A stretch of DNA of 64,000 bases from Bacillota bacterium (GTDB lineage: Bacteria; Bacillota; Sulfobacillia; JAJZYS01; JAJYTV01), in NCBI GenBank assembly GCA_021799275.1, contig JAJZAT010000008.1, positions 11,972-75,971 on the forward strand, written 5' to 3'. The notes beneath the pieces were generated by a model. The model was given only the letters and a program-made list of their open reading frames with translations, did not search any database and had not been told where the DNA came from. Numbering within the stretch: position 1 is the first letter of the stretch; each line of letters begins with the position of its first letter. Position numbers and translations under genes: made by a program. Below are positions 1 through 9,746 of this stretch, one piece after another.

Positions 1-42
1 GTCCCTTTGCATACCCGGAGATCCTAAAGGGAGGCGTGCGCG

Positions 43-1119
43 ATGGCGGAGGAGCTCCTCGTCACGGCAGGGGCAGGGCAGACGCGGCAGGTGGTCGTGG
101 GCTCGTTTGCGCGCTTCGGCGCCGCGACGCCGGTCATGATCGCGGGGCCATGCTCTGTGGAGTCGGAGCGGCAGATCCATGAGACGGCCGACGCGGTGGC
201 GGCGGCAGGCGCACACGTGTTGCGGGGCGGCGCCTTCAAGCCGCGCACGTCGCCCTACGCGTTCCAGGGGCTCGGGGCCGAAGGGCTTCGCTACCTGCGG
301 TCCGCCGGCAGGGCCGCCGGGCTCCCTGTGGTCACCGAGGTGCTCGACGCCCAGGATGTCGCGCTCGTCGCCGAACACGCAGACATGTTGCAGATCGGCG
401 CGCGCAGCATGCAGAACTTCGCCCTGTTACGCGCGGCCGGGCGAAGTGGCCGTCCGGTCCTCCTGAAGCGCGCGGCCGGCGCGACGGTCGAGGAGTGGAT
501 CCATGCGGCCGAATACATCCTGGCCGAAGGCAACGACCAGGTCGTGCTTTGCGAGCGGGGCATCCGCAGCTTCGAGCCGTGCACCCGCGCCACGCTCGAC
601 CTGGCTGGCGCGGCCGCCGCGCGCCAACGCACCTCCTTGCCGGTGATCGCGGACCCCTCCCATGCCACTGGACGGCGCGACCTCGTCGCGCCGATGGCCC
701 GCGCCGCCATCGGGGCCGGACTCGACGGCGTCATCGTCGAGGTGCACCCGGATCCCGACCGCTCGGTGAGCGACGCCGCCCAGACCATTTCCACCGAGGA
801 CTTTGCGCGGCTGATGCTGAGCCTCCACCTGCCGCCCCGCAGTTCGGATCTCGTCCATCTGCGCGACGCCGTGGACTCCCTCGATGAAGCGATCTTCGGA
901 CTGATCGCGCAGCGCATGGCGCTCTCGTCCCATATCGGCGACCTGAAGCGCAGGCACGGTATGCCGGTGCACCAACCCGCACGCGAAGAGGACATTCTGC
1001 GCCGCCTGGCCGGGCGCGGGCAGGATCACCTGACACCAGCCGCCGTGACCGCCATCTGGACCGCAATCCTGGCCGCGTCCAGGGCGCGGCAGGGGCACGC
1101 GGCACGGGAGTCGAGGTGA
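43..1119 (+). CDS. 3-deoxy-7-phosphoheptulonate (DAHP) synthase, type I-beta, fused to a C-terminal AroQ chorismate mutase domain
   Basis: 358-aa ORF. The N-terminal ~260 aa look like the KDO8P/DAHP synthase family (…IAGPCSVES…, [24 protein letters not shown]). The C-terminal ~90 aa look like chorismate mutase ([31 protein letters not shown]). ATG at 43 follows an AAAGGGAGG ribosome-binding site. Confidence 0.85.
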   Translation: MAEELLVTAGAGQTRQVVVGSFARFGAATPVMIAGPCSVESERQIHETADAVAAAGAHVLRGGAFKPRTSPYAFQGLGAEGLRYLRSAGRAAGLPVVTEVLDAQDVALVAEHADMLQIGARSMQNFALLRAAGRSGRPVLLKRAAGATVEEWIHAAEYILAEGNDQVVLCERGIRSFEPCTRATLDLAGAAAARQRTSLPVIADPSHATGRRDLVAPMARAAIGAGLDGVIVEVHPDPDRSVSDAAQTISTEDFARLMLSLHLPPRSSDLVHLRDAVDSLDEAIFGLIAQRMALSSHIGDLKRRHGMPVHQPAREEDILRRLAGRGQDHLTPAAVTAIWTAILAASRARQGHAARESR

Positions 1120-1934
1120 CGTTTCCCGCCCGCGTGGCGATTCAGGGCGAACGCGGCGCCTACAGCGAGCAGGCGGCGCTCGCGCTCTACGGGCCAGAAC
1201 CGGGCATCGTCCCCTGCCGCACCCTCCAGGACGTCTTCGCGGCCCTCACGACCGGCGAGGCGGACGCCGCGGCCGTCCCCGTGGAGAACTCCCGGGCCGG
1301 CACGATCGTCGAAACGTACGATCTTCTCCTGGCCCACCGCCTTGCGGTGACCGGCGAGTACCGTCTGCGTGTCCGCCACTGTCTCCTCGGCCTTCAGGGC
1401 TCGCGGCTCGACGAGATCCGCAGGGCCTACTCCCACCCGCAGGCGCTCGCCCAGTGCCGGACCTTCCTGGACCGTCATGCCATAACGGCCGAGAGCGCCT
1501 ACGACACGGCCGGCAGCGCACAGAACCTCGCGCGCCTTGGCGACCCCCGCGTCGCCGCCATCGCCTCGCGACGAGCGGCCGAGCTCTTCGGCCTCGCCGT
1601 TCTGGCGGAGGGCATCGAGGATCGCGACGACAACGTGACGCGCTTTCTCGCCGTCGGCCTGCCGCCCACCCTGGCCCAGGGCCCGGGACGATCCCTCGTG
1701 GCGTTCACCGTGCCGAACGAGCCCGGTTCCCTCCACCGCTGCCTGGAGCCGTTCGCGCGGCACGGCTGCAACCTCTCCAAGCTGGAGTCGCGTCCGGACC
1801 AGGAGAGCCCGTTCGCGTACGTCTTCTATCTTGATGTCGATCGCCACGCGGAAGACCCCGCGCTGGCGGACGCCCTCAGGGAACTCTCCGCCGTGGCGAG
1901 CTCCGTCCGGATCCTAGGCAGCTTCGGGCGCTAG
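1116..1934 (+). CDS. pheA: prephenate dehydratase
   Basis: 272 aa with a PDT domain ([15 protein letters not shown]…, TRFLAV) and a C-terminal ACT domain. It overlaps the upstream stop by 4 nt (GTGA), which suggests translational coupling. Confidence 0.85.
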   Translation: MTFPARVAIQGERGAYSEQAALALYGPEPGIVPCRTLQDVFAALTTGEADAAAVPVENSRAGTIVETYDLLLAHRLAVTGEYRLRVRHCLLGLQGSRLDEIRRAYSHPQALAQCRTFLDRHAITAESAYDTAGSAQNLARLGDPRVAAIASRRAAELFGLAVLAEGIEDRDDNVTRFLAVGLPPTLAQGPGRSLVAFTVPNEPGSLHRCLEPFARHGCNLSKLESRPDQESPFAYVFYLDVDRHAEDPALADALRELSAVASSVRILGSFGR

Positions 1935-1945
1935 GTCGCCCCACC

Positions 1946-1974
1946 TTGCCAAATTCCTACCCGCACGGTATATT
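1946..1974 (+). promoter_or_regulatory. sigma-70-like promoter for the RRM protein gene
   Basis: -35 TTGCCA at 1946-1951, a 17-nt spacer, then -10 TATATT at 1969-1974. This leaves a ~100-nt 5-prime UTR before the GTG at 2076. Confidence 0.4.
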
Positions 1975-2075
1975 GAGCCTGTCGCTTTAGGAGTTGGTAT
2001 GGATCCACGGCCGTACACGATGCCATGTCTCCGTGCACTTCCTGGCGAATACGGTTTCGAAAGGAGTGCAGAGAC

Positions 2076-2342
2076 GTGCAGAAGACGATCTACGTCGGCA
2101 ACCTGCCCTGGTCCGTCACCAGTGAGGACCTGCAGCAGGCGGTGTCACAGTATGCCGAAGTCCTGGCAGCGCGCATCGCGACTGACCGGGAGACCGGCCG
2201 TTCGCGTGGGTTCGGCTTCGTGGAGGTTCCCGCCGACAAGGCGGAAGCCGTCATCGAGGCGCTGAACGGCGCAGACTGGCAGGGTCGGCAGCTTACCGTG
2301 AACGAGGCGCGCCCCCGCGAGGAGCGGCCCCGCCGGTACTAG
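2076..2342 (+). CDS. RRM (RNP-1) type RNA-binding protein
   Basis: KTIYVGNLPWSVT matches RNP-2 and RGFGFVEV matches RNP-1. GTG start at 2076 follows AAAGGAG. The ATG at 2025 given in the ORF table lacks a ribosome-binding site and would add an unlikely N-terminal extension. Confidence 0.8.
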   Translation: MQKTIYVGNLPWSVTSEDLQQAVSQYAEVLAARIATDRETGRSRGFGFVEVPADKAEAVIEALNGADWQGRQLTVNEARPREERPRRY

Positions 2343-2356
2343 CCGCTGTTCGCGAG

Positions 2357-2390
2357 GGGCCCGGCATAAGCCGGGCCCTTCCTCTTTGCT
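2357..2390 (+). terminator. rho-independent terminator downstream of the RRM gene
   Basis: GGGCCCGGC-ATAA-GCCGGGCCC hairpin followed by TTCCTCTTTGCT. Confidence 0.55.
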
Positions 2391-2462
2391 GCGCGGCGGT
2401 GCCGCGCTCGCCGCGGGGCGCTACAATTTAGATGCGGAGCCTGAACCTGAGGGGGTGCGCCT

Positions 2463-3941
2463 GTGCCGGAGTGCCTGCTCGCGATCGACCAGGGCACGCA
2501 CGCCTCACGCGCCGTGATCTTCACCCTGCAGGGCAAGACCTTGGCCAGTCGGGTCGTGGCGATCGGGACGAACTGCCCGCAACCAGGCTGGGTGGAACAG
2601 GACCCCGAGGAGATCTTCCAGAGTTCGCTGCGGGCCGCGCGCGAGGCCATGCGGGCAGCCAGGCTGGACGCACGCGACATCGGCGCGGTCGGCATCACCA
2701 ATCAACGCGAGACGCTCGTCGTCTGGGACCGCGAGACCGGGCAGGCCGTGGCTCCCGCCATCGTCTGGCAGGATCGGCGCGGGCAGGCGATCTGTCAGGA
2801 ACTCGCAGACGCCGCCGGTGAGCTCGGCGAGCGCACCGGGTTGCGCCTCGACCCGTACTTCACCGCGAGCAAGCTCGGCTGGCTTTTGCGTGCGCGGACT
2901 GAGCTGCGCGACGCGGCTGCCCGCGGCAGGCTGCAGGCGGGCACCGTCGACAGCTGGCTGATCTACCGCCTGTCGGGCGGCAAGGTGTGGGCGACCGAAC
3001 CGAGCAATGCGAGTCGCACGCTGCTCTATGACCTCAGTCTGGGCGCGTTCAGCGAGGACCTCGCGCAGGTCTTCTCGCTGCCAGGTCGTCTCATGCCGCC
3101 GGTGCTGCCCTCGGCCCACCGCTTCGGCGAAACCGAACCGGCCCTGTTCGGACGTCCACTCCCCTTGACGGGCGCCCTCGGAGACCAGCAGGCGGCCTTG
3201 CTCGGGCAAGGCTGTCTCGCGGCAGGAGACGCCAAGGATACGTTCGGCACGGGTGCCTTCTTGCTGGCATGCACGGGAGAGCGCCCGCGCCGCTCCGCTC
3301 ACGGCCTGCTCACGACGGTCGCCTGGGACTTCGGCCGAGGCCCGACCTATGCGCTCGAGGGCAGCGTCTTCATGGCCGGCGCCCTGATCGATTGGCTCAT
3401 AGACCTCGGGGTCGCCGCCTCTCCCGCCGAGCTCGACCGCCTGGCCCTGGCCGCGGATCCATCGCACGGCACCCTGATCATGCCCGCCCATCAGGGCTTG
3501 GGCGCGCCCTGGTGGGAGCCCGAAATGCGCGGTGCCATCTGGGGCCTTACGCGCTCGAGCGGGCGCGCAGCCCTGGCCCGGGCCGCCTTCGAGGCGATCG
3601 CGCAGCAGGCGGCGGATCTCACGGACGCCATGCGGGATGACCTTGGTGCGCCGCTCAGGGAACTGCGCATCGACGGCGGGGTTGCACGCAGCGCCCTGTT
3701 GCCGCAACTGCTCGCCGACCTTTGCGGCCTGCCGGTGCTGCGCAGTCTGGACCACGAGGCCACGGCGCGGGGCGCCGCCATGGTGGCGGGCCTGGGCGCC
3801 GGCCTCCTCGGCAGGGACGACCTGCCGGGCTTCGCCGGCGAACGCGAGCGGTTTGCGCCCGGCGCCCCGGCCGACCGTCGGGAACGTGACCGCCAGCGCT
3901 GGCGGCAGGCCGTCGCCGAGGCACGAGGGCTGCGCTCGTGA
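2463..3941 (+). CDS. glpK: glycerol kinase
   Basis: 492-aa FGGY-family protein colinear with GlpK (AIDQGT…, GAVGITNQRET, WQDRR). GTG start. Confidence 0.9.
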   Translation: MPECLLAIDQGTHASRAVIFTLQGKTLASRVVAIGTNCPQPGWVEQDPEEIFQSSLRAAREAMRAARLDARDIGAVGITNQRETLVVWDRETGQAVAPAIVWQDRRGQAICQELADAAGELGERTGLRLDPYFTASKLGWLLRARTELRDAAARGRLQAGTVDSWLIYRLSGGKVWATEPSNASRTLLYDLSLGAFSEDLAQVFSLPGRLMPPVLPSAHRFGETEPALFGRPLPLTGALGDQQAALLGQGCLAAGDAKDTFGTGAFLLACTGERPRRSAHGLLTTVAWDFGRGPTYALEGSVFMAGALIDWLIDLGVAASPAELDRLALAADPSHGTLIMPAHQGLGAPWWEPEMRGAIWGLTRSSGRAALARAAFEAIAQQAADLTDAMRDDLGAPLRELRIDGGVARSALLPQLLADLCGLPVLRSLDHEATARGAAMVAGLGAGLLGRDDLPGFAGERERFAPGAPADRRERDRQRWRQAVAEARGLRS

Positions 3942-5566
3942 CGGCGCCGCTGCGCGAGCACGCTCTGCGGCGAGCCCAGAGCGAGATCTTCGACCTCGCC
4001 ATCGTCGGCGGCGGCATCACCGGCGCTGGCGTGGCACGCGAGGCCAGCCTGCGCGGGCTCACGGCCTTTCTCTGCGAAGCGAGGGACTTCGCCTCGGGGA
4101 CGTCGAGCCGCTCGACCCGCCTGATCCACGGCGGGCTGCGCTACTTGCGACTCGGCGACGTGCGTCTGGTGCGCGAATCCCTCCAGGAACGCGAACTCTT
4201 GCGCCACGTCATGGCGCCACACCTCGTCCAGGGCCTCCCCTTCTACTTCCCGATCTACCGAGGCGACCCCGACCCCTTGTGGCTCGTGCGCACCGGTGTC
4301 GCCCTCTACGGCCGTCTGAGCGGAGCCGCCCGGGAGGACCTCGAGCTGCGTCTTGCGCCGCACGATCTCCTTGAGGCCATGCCGCTCCTGCGCCGTGACG
4401 GCCTTCGGGGCGGCGCCCGCTACCTCGATGCGCGCACCGACGACGCGAGGCTCACCCTGAGCGTGCTGCGCGACGCGTCCGCCCGGGGCGCCGTGCTGCT
4501 GAACTACGCCCCTGTGCGCGCCTTCGCGAGGGAGGGCGACCTCCACTGCCTGACCTGCCGCGACGAGGAGAGCGGTGAGACGTTCGCCGTGCGCGCCAGA
4601 AGGCTGCTGCTCGCCGCGGGGCCATGGACGGACGAGGTGCTCGGGCTGCTCGAGGACGGCCAGGTGCCGCTCGTCCGGTGCAGCGCGGGCACGCACCTGG
4701 CTCTGCGCAGCGGGCGCCTGCCCCTTGACGCGGCGTGGGTCATGCGGGGACCCGACGGCCGCATGATGTTCGCGGTGCCGTACGGAACCGAGTCCTACAT
4801 CGGCACGACCGACGTCCTCACGGAGGAACCGGACGGCTCGACCGTACCCGCCGTGGAGGCCGAGTACATCCTTGCGGCCGCCGACCGCACCTTCCCGGAG
4901 GCGCATCTCGCTGAGCACGACGTGATCGGCGCCTGGCGCGGCGTACGCCCGCTGGCGCGGCCTGGCCGCAGCCGCAGCGCGAGCCGGGTGTCGCGCGAGG
5001 ACCGCCTTGTGGAGGTGCGCGAAGGCATGCACGTCGTGGTCGGCGGGAAGCTCACCGCCTTCCGCGCGATGGCCGAACGCATCCTGGATCGCATCTACCC
5101 AGGGTCGCAGAGCGCCGGCGCCGCCGCGGCGAGCAGGTCGCCGCTGCCGGGAGCGCAGGGAGAGGCGATAACCGAGGACAGCTGGCGCCAGGCCGCGCGC
5201 CGCGCGGGTGTCCGCGCGGCGGACCTGCGAGCACGCCTCGGCCCCTATGGCGACGAAGCGGCCACGGTCCTGCAGATGGGCGTCGGCCCCGGCAACCTTC
5301 GCTTCAGCCTCGATCGCGCCATCCTGCGCTTTGCCGTGGCGGAAGAGTTCGCCCTGCACCTCGTGGACGTCTATCGCCGCCGCACCGATCGCCTGCTCTT
5401 CGGCGGCGACTTCGCCCTGCAGCATCTCAAGGCCGATGCCGACGAGATGGGGCGCCTGCTCGGGTGGTCCGAGGTCCGGCGCGAGGCGGAGGTCCAGGCG
5501 GTGCGCCGGCTCGAGGCCGAGATGCTCTCATGGCGCGCCCCGCACTCTGATGAGATTCTCAGATGA
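3938..5566 (+). CDS. glpD: FAD-dependent glycerol-3-phosphate dehydrogenase
   Basis: 542 aa. N-terminal FAD fold DLAIVGGGITGAGVA and RLIHGGLRYL motifs. 4-nt overlap with glpK. Confidence 0.85.
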   Translation: MTAPLREHALRRAQSEIFDLAIVGGGITGAGVAREASLRGLTAFLCEARDFASGTSSRSTRLIHGGLRYLRLGDVRLVRESLQERELLRHVMAPHLVQGLPFYFPIYRGDPDPLWLVRTGVALYGRLSGAAREDLELRLAPHDLLEAMPLLRRDGLRGGARYLDARTDDARLTLSVLRDASARGAVLLNYAPVRAFAREGDLHCLTCRDEESGETFAVRARRLLLAAGPWTDEVLGLLEDGQVPLVRCSAGTHLALRSGRLPLDAAWVMRGPDGRMMFAVPYGTESYIGTTDVLTEEPDGSTVPAVEAEYILAAADRTFPEAHLAEHDVIGAWRGVRPLARPGRSRSASRVSREDRLVEVREGMHVVVGGKLTAFRAMAERILDRIYPGSQSAGAAAASRSPLPGAQGEAITEDSWRQAARRAGVRAADLRARLGPYGDEAATVLQMGVGPGNLRFSLDRAILRFAVAEEFALHLVDVYRRRTDRLLFGGDFALQHLKADADEMGRLLGWSEVRREAEVQAVRRLEAEMLSWRAPHSDEILR

Positions 5567-5642
5567 GCTTCAGACTGCCTTTAAGTTGAGGGCCTATGCT
5601 TGGCTCAGTTCGAGGGCAACTGAGCTACCGAGGTGAGTGAAC

Positions 5643-5759
5643 TTGCGAGCGATCCGGCGATCGTATGTCCTGCAAAATGCCTTGCTGCTGACGTTTCTCT
5701 TGGTGCTCGGCGTCTCCGGCGTCCTCCTGATGCTGGGTCGACCGCTGCACCTCAGTTAA
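5643..5759 (+). CDS. candidate 38-aa hydrophobic small membrane peptide
   Basis: TTG at 5643 lies 9 nt after GAGG. Translation is MRAIRRSYVLQNALLLTFLLVLGVSGVLLMLGRPLHLS, with a basic N-terminus and one predicted TM segment. Third-codon positions are G/C-biased like coding DNA, but it is short and uses several rare codons. Confidence 0.15.
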   Translation: MRAIRRSYVLQNALLLTFLLVLGVSGVLLMLGRPLHLS

Positions 5760-5793
5760 GAGACGCCTCTGCGTATACGCCCGTCATGACGAA

Positions 5794-5822
5794 GGCCGCC
5801 GATCCCCTCGGGGACGGCGGCC
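5794..5822. terminator. GC-rich hairpin between convergent glpD/small ORF and murB
   Basis: GGCCGCCG…CGGCGGCC stem with an inner CCCC/GGGG pairing. There is no clean U-tract on either strand. Confidence 0.3.
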
Positions 5823-5838
5823 GTGCTTCCATGTGCCT

Positions 5839-6927
5839 TCAGGGGCCAACGCGGCGCGGATCGTACGGCACGATGACCGGCTCTGGCTGCAGCTGCACCC
5901 CGAATCGCTCCCAGACACCGCGGCGGATCTCCCCGGCGAGGGCGAGCAGGGCCCTGGTGCTGCCGTCCCGGTTCACAAGGGCCAGCGCATGGCGCTGCGA
6001 AATGCCGACACCGCCCTGGCGCTGGCCGCGGTGGAACCCGGCGGCGCCGATCAGCCAGGCCGCCGACACCTTGACGCCGTCCGGCGCCGGATAGACCGGG
6101 GCCGCGTCGGCCATGGGGCCCAGTCGCTCGCGCAAGGCGGCGAAGGCCTGCAAAGACAGCACAGGGTTGAGGAAGAACGATCCCACCGAGCGGGCGTTCT
6201 CGTCCTCCGGGTCACGCAGCATCGACTTGCCCCGGCGGAGCTCGAGCACGATGCGCCGCACCGCCGTCAGGGCCTCGACCGGCGCCAGCCTGTCGATCCC
6301 GAGGTTCGCCGCGCGCTCCGCAACCTCCCTGTAGCCGAGGTGCGGGGACGCGTCCGGCGACAGGCGAAGGGCGACGCTGAGAATCACGAAGCGGTCGCGG
6401 TCCGCACCCTTGAAGCGGCTCTGGCGATAGCCGAAGCCGCACTCCTCACCTTTGAGCTGGCGCACCTTTCCGGTCTCCCGCTCGAAAGCGCGCACCCAGA
6501 GCAGGCGCTCCGCGACTTCCTGGCCATAGGCGCCGACATTCTGGACCGGTGTCGCCCCGACGCTGCCGGGGATGCCGGAGAGGCACTCGATGCCGCCAAG
6601 CCCTCGCGCTGTGGCCGCCGCCACCAGGTCGTCCCACTCCGTGCCTGCCCTGGCCACGCAGACGACGTCGCCGCTTCTCTCCCTGAAGGTGAAGCCGCGC
6701 GCGGCCACCTGAAGCACGACCCCCGCGAACCCTTCGTCCGCGAAGACCGTGTTGCTGCCTCCACCCAGCAGCTGCACCGGCAGACCCTGGCCGTCCGACC
6801 AGACCAAGGCCTCGGCAAGCTCCGCCACGGTACGGACGGCGGCAAAGTAACGGGCGGGACCCCCGAGATGGATCGTCGTCAGAGGCGCGAGCGGTACCTG
6901 CTCGCGCAGCGTCTGCAATGCTTTCAT
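5839..6927 (-). CDS. murB: UDP-N-acetylenolpyruvoylglucosamine reductase
   Basis: 362 aa. FAD-binding N-terminus (LAPLTTIHLGGPARYF, LGGGSNTVF), the MurB C-terminal domain, and a C-terminal extension. Confidence 0.85.
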   Translation of the reverse strand: MKALQTLREQVPLAPLTTIHLGGPARYFAAVRTVAELAEALVWSDGQGLPVQLLGGGSNTVFADEGFAGVVLQVAARGFTFRERSGDVVCVARAGTEWDDLVAAATARGLGGIECLSGIPGSVGATPVQNVGAYGQEVAERLLWVRAFERETGKVRQLKGEECGFGYRQSRFKGADRDRFVILSVALRLSPDASPHLGYREVAERAANLGIDRLAPVEALTAVRRIVLELRRGKSMLRDPEDENARSVGSFFLNPVLSLQAFAALRERLGPMADAAPVYPAPDGVKVSAAWLIGAAGFHRGQRQGGVGISQRHALALVNRDGSTRALLALAGEIRRGVWERFGVQLQPEPVIVPYDPRRVGP

Positions 6928-6966
6928 GTCCTGTCCCCCATCGCCGAACAGCCCAAACGCCTTCCC

Positions 6967-8373
6967 CTACAGGGTACGGCCAATGTCGTCGGTGGCATCC
7001 AGCAGGTATTCCCCCGTGGCCGGCTGCAGCGCGTAGCGGCCCTTGAACTCGCCCAGACGGATCGCACGGATGGCTTCATGCAACCGGTCGATCTCCTGCT
7101 CCACATTATAGAGGCCAAGGCTCACGCGCACCGCGGCCGGCAGCTCGTCGAGCGCCCCGTCCAGCATGCGGTCCCGCAGACGCTCGACTTCCTGACGGCT
7201 CAGGCCGAGGAGCCGCATCACGTAGGGACTCGCGCAGAAGCACCCGGCGCGCGCGCCGATGCCCCACTCCCAGCCGAGAGCCGCCGCGACGAGCCGCGCC
7301 GGCACGCCGTGGATCTGGAACGCGACGACGCCAAGCCGCTCTTCGCGGCTTGCGCTGCCCAGCACCTCCACGCCCGGGACCTCCTCTATCCTGTCCAGGG
7401 CATAGGCGAGAAGCTGTTCCTCCCGGGCGGCGACGCGGTCCATGCCGATGGCCTGCAAGGTGCGCAGGGCCGCGGCCAGCGCCACGGCGCCGAAGACGTT
7501 CTGCGAACCCGCCTCCTCGCGCGCCGGGGGGTCGTTCCAGAGCACGTCCTCGAGACTGACGAATCGGATCGCCCCGCCCCCTTTGAGATCGGGAGCGCCG
7601 CCACGGAAGAACTCCTTCGGTCCGATCAAGGCACCGATGCCGTACGGAGCGTACAGCTTGTAGCCGCTGAGAGACAGAAAGTCGATCGATCGCGGGTCGC
7701 CTGCGTCGCCCATGTCGATCGTCCGGTGACCCGCAAGCTGCGCCGCGTCGACGAAGATCCTGGCGCCGTAGCGGTGCGCGATCTCGGCGGCCAGGTACAC
7801 GTCGCTCACATAGCCCGTGACGTTCGAAGCCCCCGCGAGCGCCACCAGCCGCACATGTCCGCGGTGGCGCTCCAGGAGCTTCGGCAGGGCGTCCACTTCC
7901 AACCGGCCCTCGACGTCCACCGGCAGGTACACGATCTTCGCCCGGCCGCGCCATGGCAAAAGGTTCGCATGATGTTCCATCTCGCTGAGCACGACGACAT
8001 CGCCCACCGCGAAGGGAAACTCGGCCGCAAGCTTGTTCACCGCTTCGGTGGCGCTCTTCGTGAACAGGGCGACGCGCGTCCCGTCCCAGGCGCCGACGAA
8101 CCGCAGCACCTCGGCGCGCGCCTGCTCGTAGAGCTCCAAGGAGCGTCTGGCGCGATATCCCGCGCTGGGATGCGGGCTCCCATACGTCTCCTCCGCCTGC
8201 CGCAGAGCCTCCCGCACACTGTGGAGCATGGGCGTCGTCCCGGCGTTGTCGAGGTTCACGTAGGTGCTGCGATGTCCACCGAGCAGGTCCACCGGCTGCT
8301 CGACGCCGACCACCTGTCGGCGCCACCAGTAGGCTTCCTGGCGAAGCTCCACCTGCCATGTCATCAGGCTCAC
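6967..8373 (-). CDS. class-V aminotransferase / cysteine-desulfurase-like PLP enzyme
   Basis: 468 aa. YLDNAGTTP-like NLDNAGTTPM motif, PLP-lysine region LSGYKLYAPYG, and SufS/CsdA-like architecture. Confidence 0.75.
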   Translation of the reverse strand: MSLMTWQVELRQEAYWWRRQVVGVEQPVDLLGGHRSTYVNLDNAGTTPMLHSVREALRQAEETYGSPHPSAGYRARRSLELYEQARAEVLRFVGAWDGTRVALFTKSATEAVNKLAAEFPFAVGDVVVLSEMEHHANLLPWRGRAKIVYLPVDVEGRLEVDALPKLLERHRGHVRLVALAGASNVTGYVSDVYLAAEIAHRYGARIFVDAAQLAGHRTIDMGDAGDPRSIDFLSLSGYKLYAPYGIGALIGPKEFFRGGAPDLKGGGAIRFVSLEDVLWNDPPAREEAGSQNVFGAVALAAALRTLQAIGMDRVAAREEQLLAYALDRIEEVPGVEVLGSASREERLGVVAFQIHGVPARLVAAALGWEWGIGARAGCFCASPYVMRLLGLSRQEVERLRDRMLDGALDELPAAVRVSLGLYNVEQEIDRLHEAIRAIRLGEFKGRYALQPATGEYLLDATDDIGRTL

Positions 8374-8471
8374 CGCCTTCGCCGATCCCCACCGTGCGGG
8401 TGTTCGCCCCCAAGCACCGCGATCCTGCCGCCTAGCCAGATTCTGGTGATTCGAGGGGGCCGCGCCACATC

Positions 8472-9698
8472 TCAGACCTCACGGGATGCGCCCGGAGGCA
8501 GGGCGGACGTCTGCAGGCCAAGGCGAGCCGCCGCGAGCGCCACGCCTGCCGCCAGCAGAGAGGTGACCGCCATCGCCAATTCCGGCACCTGCGCGAAGAT
8601 CTGTCCCTCCGCCCATGGCACAAAAAGCGCCGCGACGGCCAGCGACGTGAAGATGAAGAAGAAGGCCTGGCCCTCGCGGCGCGGTGCCTCGCGTCCCGCC
8701 ACGGTGAGCACGATGGGGAACGCCGGTCCCAGGCAGGCACCGGTCAGGGCGGCGCCGACCAGCACGACGAGCGGCAGGTGGCCGAAGGCGACGACAATGC
8801 CGCTCGCGCCCACCGCTGCCGCTCCGCCCACCAACAGGACGCGCTCGAGGCGCAGGAAGGGAAGCCGGGGGCCGATCAGGATCCGAACCACCGTCAGACC
8901 GAACTGATAGGCCGCAGGATAGAGCGAGGCGAGCGCGTCCGGCAGTCCCGAGCGAACGTGGACGAACGCGGCGACCCAGGCCGAGAAGCCGCTCTCGGCC
9001 GCGACATAGAGAAAGACGAGCCATGTCAGGGTGCGGAGCCAGCCAGCCTCGCGCCAGAGTTCGAAGTTGCCGCGCAGTCCCTCCCCGGGCTGCGCCGGCT
9101 CGCCCGGCAGTTCGCCCAGTGCCAGCATGCCGATGGCGCCGACCAGCGCCAGTCCCGCGGCCAGGCCGAAGACCAGCGCCACCGGCATGCCGGTGGCGTT
9201 GAGCAGCCCTACCGTCAGCGGGGCGGAGATGGCACCGACACCGAACCACAGGTTCAGGCGGTTGAACGCCTGCGCCTGCTGACCGCGGTAGAGATCCGAA
9301 ACGAGGCGCGAGCCGCCGACGTCCACGAGCGCAAAGGCCACGCCGGCCACGAACGCCAGCAGGACCCAGGTCGCAAAGCTCGGCACGAGCGGCAGAAGTC
9401 CTGTGGAAACGACGAAGAGCCAGAAACCGAGGAGGAGCACCTTGCGGGTGCCATGGCGGTCGACCAGATGGTTCGCGTAGAAGTAGGTCACCGTGTTCCC
9501 GAGCGACTGCAACGCAAAGAGCAGCGACAACTCGCCGTAGCTCGCCCGCAGCTGGTGGACGAGCTCAGGCAGGGCGGATCCGTATGCGGTTGCCATCAGG
9601 CCGATCACGGCGTAGCCGAGCCAGCTCAGCCGCTCGGCCGTACGCCCCGTCCCATCGCCCAGACTATGCCCTGCCGTATCGCACAGCCCCCTACGCAC
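8472..9698 (-). CDS. MFS transporter
   Basis: 408 aa with about 12 predicted TM helices and MFS loop motifs. The start within the N-terminal ~20 codons is uncertain. Confidence 0.75.
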   Translation of the reverse strand: MRRGLCDTAGHSLGDGTGRTAERLSWLGYAVIGLMATAYGSALPELVHQLRASYGELSLLFALQSLGNTVTYFYANHLVDRHGTRKVLLLGFWLFVVSTGLLPLVPSFATWVLLAFVAGVAFALVDVGGSRLVSDLYRGQQAQAFNRLNLWFGVGAISAPLTVGLLNATGMPVALVFGLAAGLALVGAIGMLALGELPGEPAQPGEGLRGNFELWREAGWLRTLTWLVFLYVAAESGFSAWVAAFVHVRSGLPDALASLYPAAYQFGLTVVRILIGPRLPFLRLERVLLVGGAAAVGASGIVVAFGHLPLVVLVGAALTGACLGPAFPIVLTVAGREAPRREGQAFFFIFTSLAVAALFVPWAEGQIFAQVPELAMAVTSLLAAGVALAAARLGLQTSALPPGASREV

Positions 9699-9746
9699 GA
9701 CTGCGGCGGCCTGCCGTCGCAGGCCGCCGCAGTCGCGTCGCCTCGC

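Noticed and set aside
3491-5425. 644-aa minus-strand ORF
   Set aside because: Antisense to glpK/glpD; low-complexity translation.
5833-8907. 1024-aa ORF on the + strand
   Set aside because: It is antisense to murB, the aminotransferase and the MFS gene. Its Arg/Pro/Gly-rich low-complexity translation is typical of spurious ORFs in 70% GC DNA. It has no ribosome-binding site or motifs.
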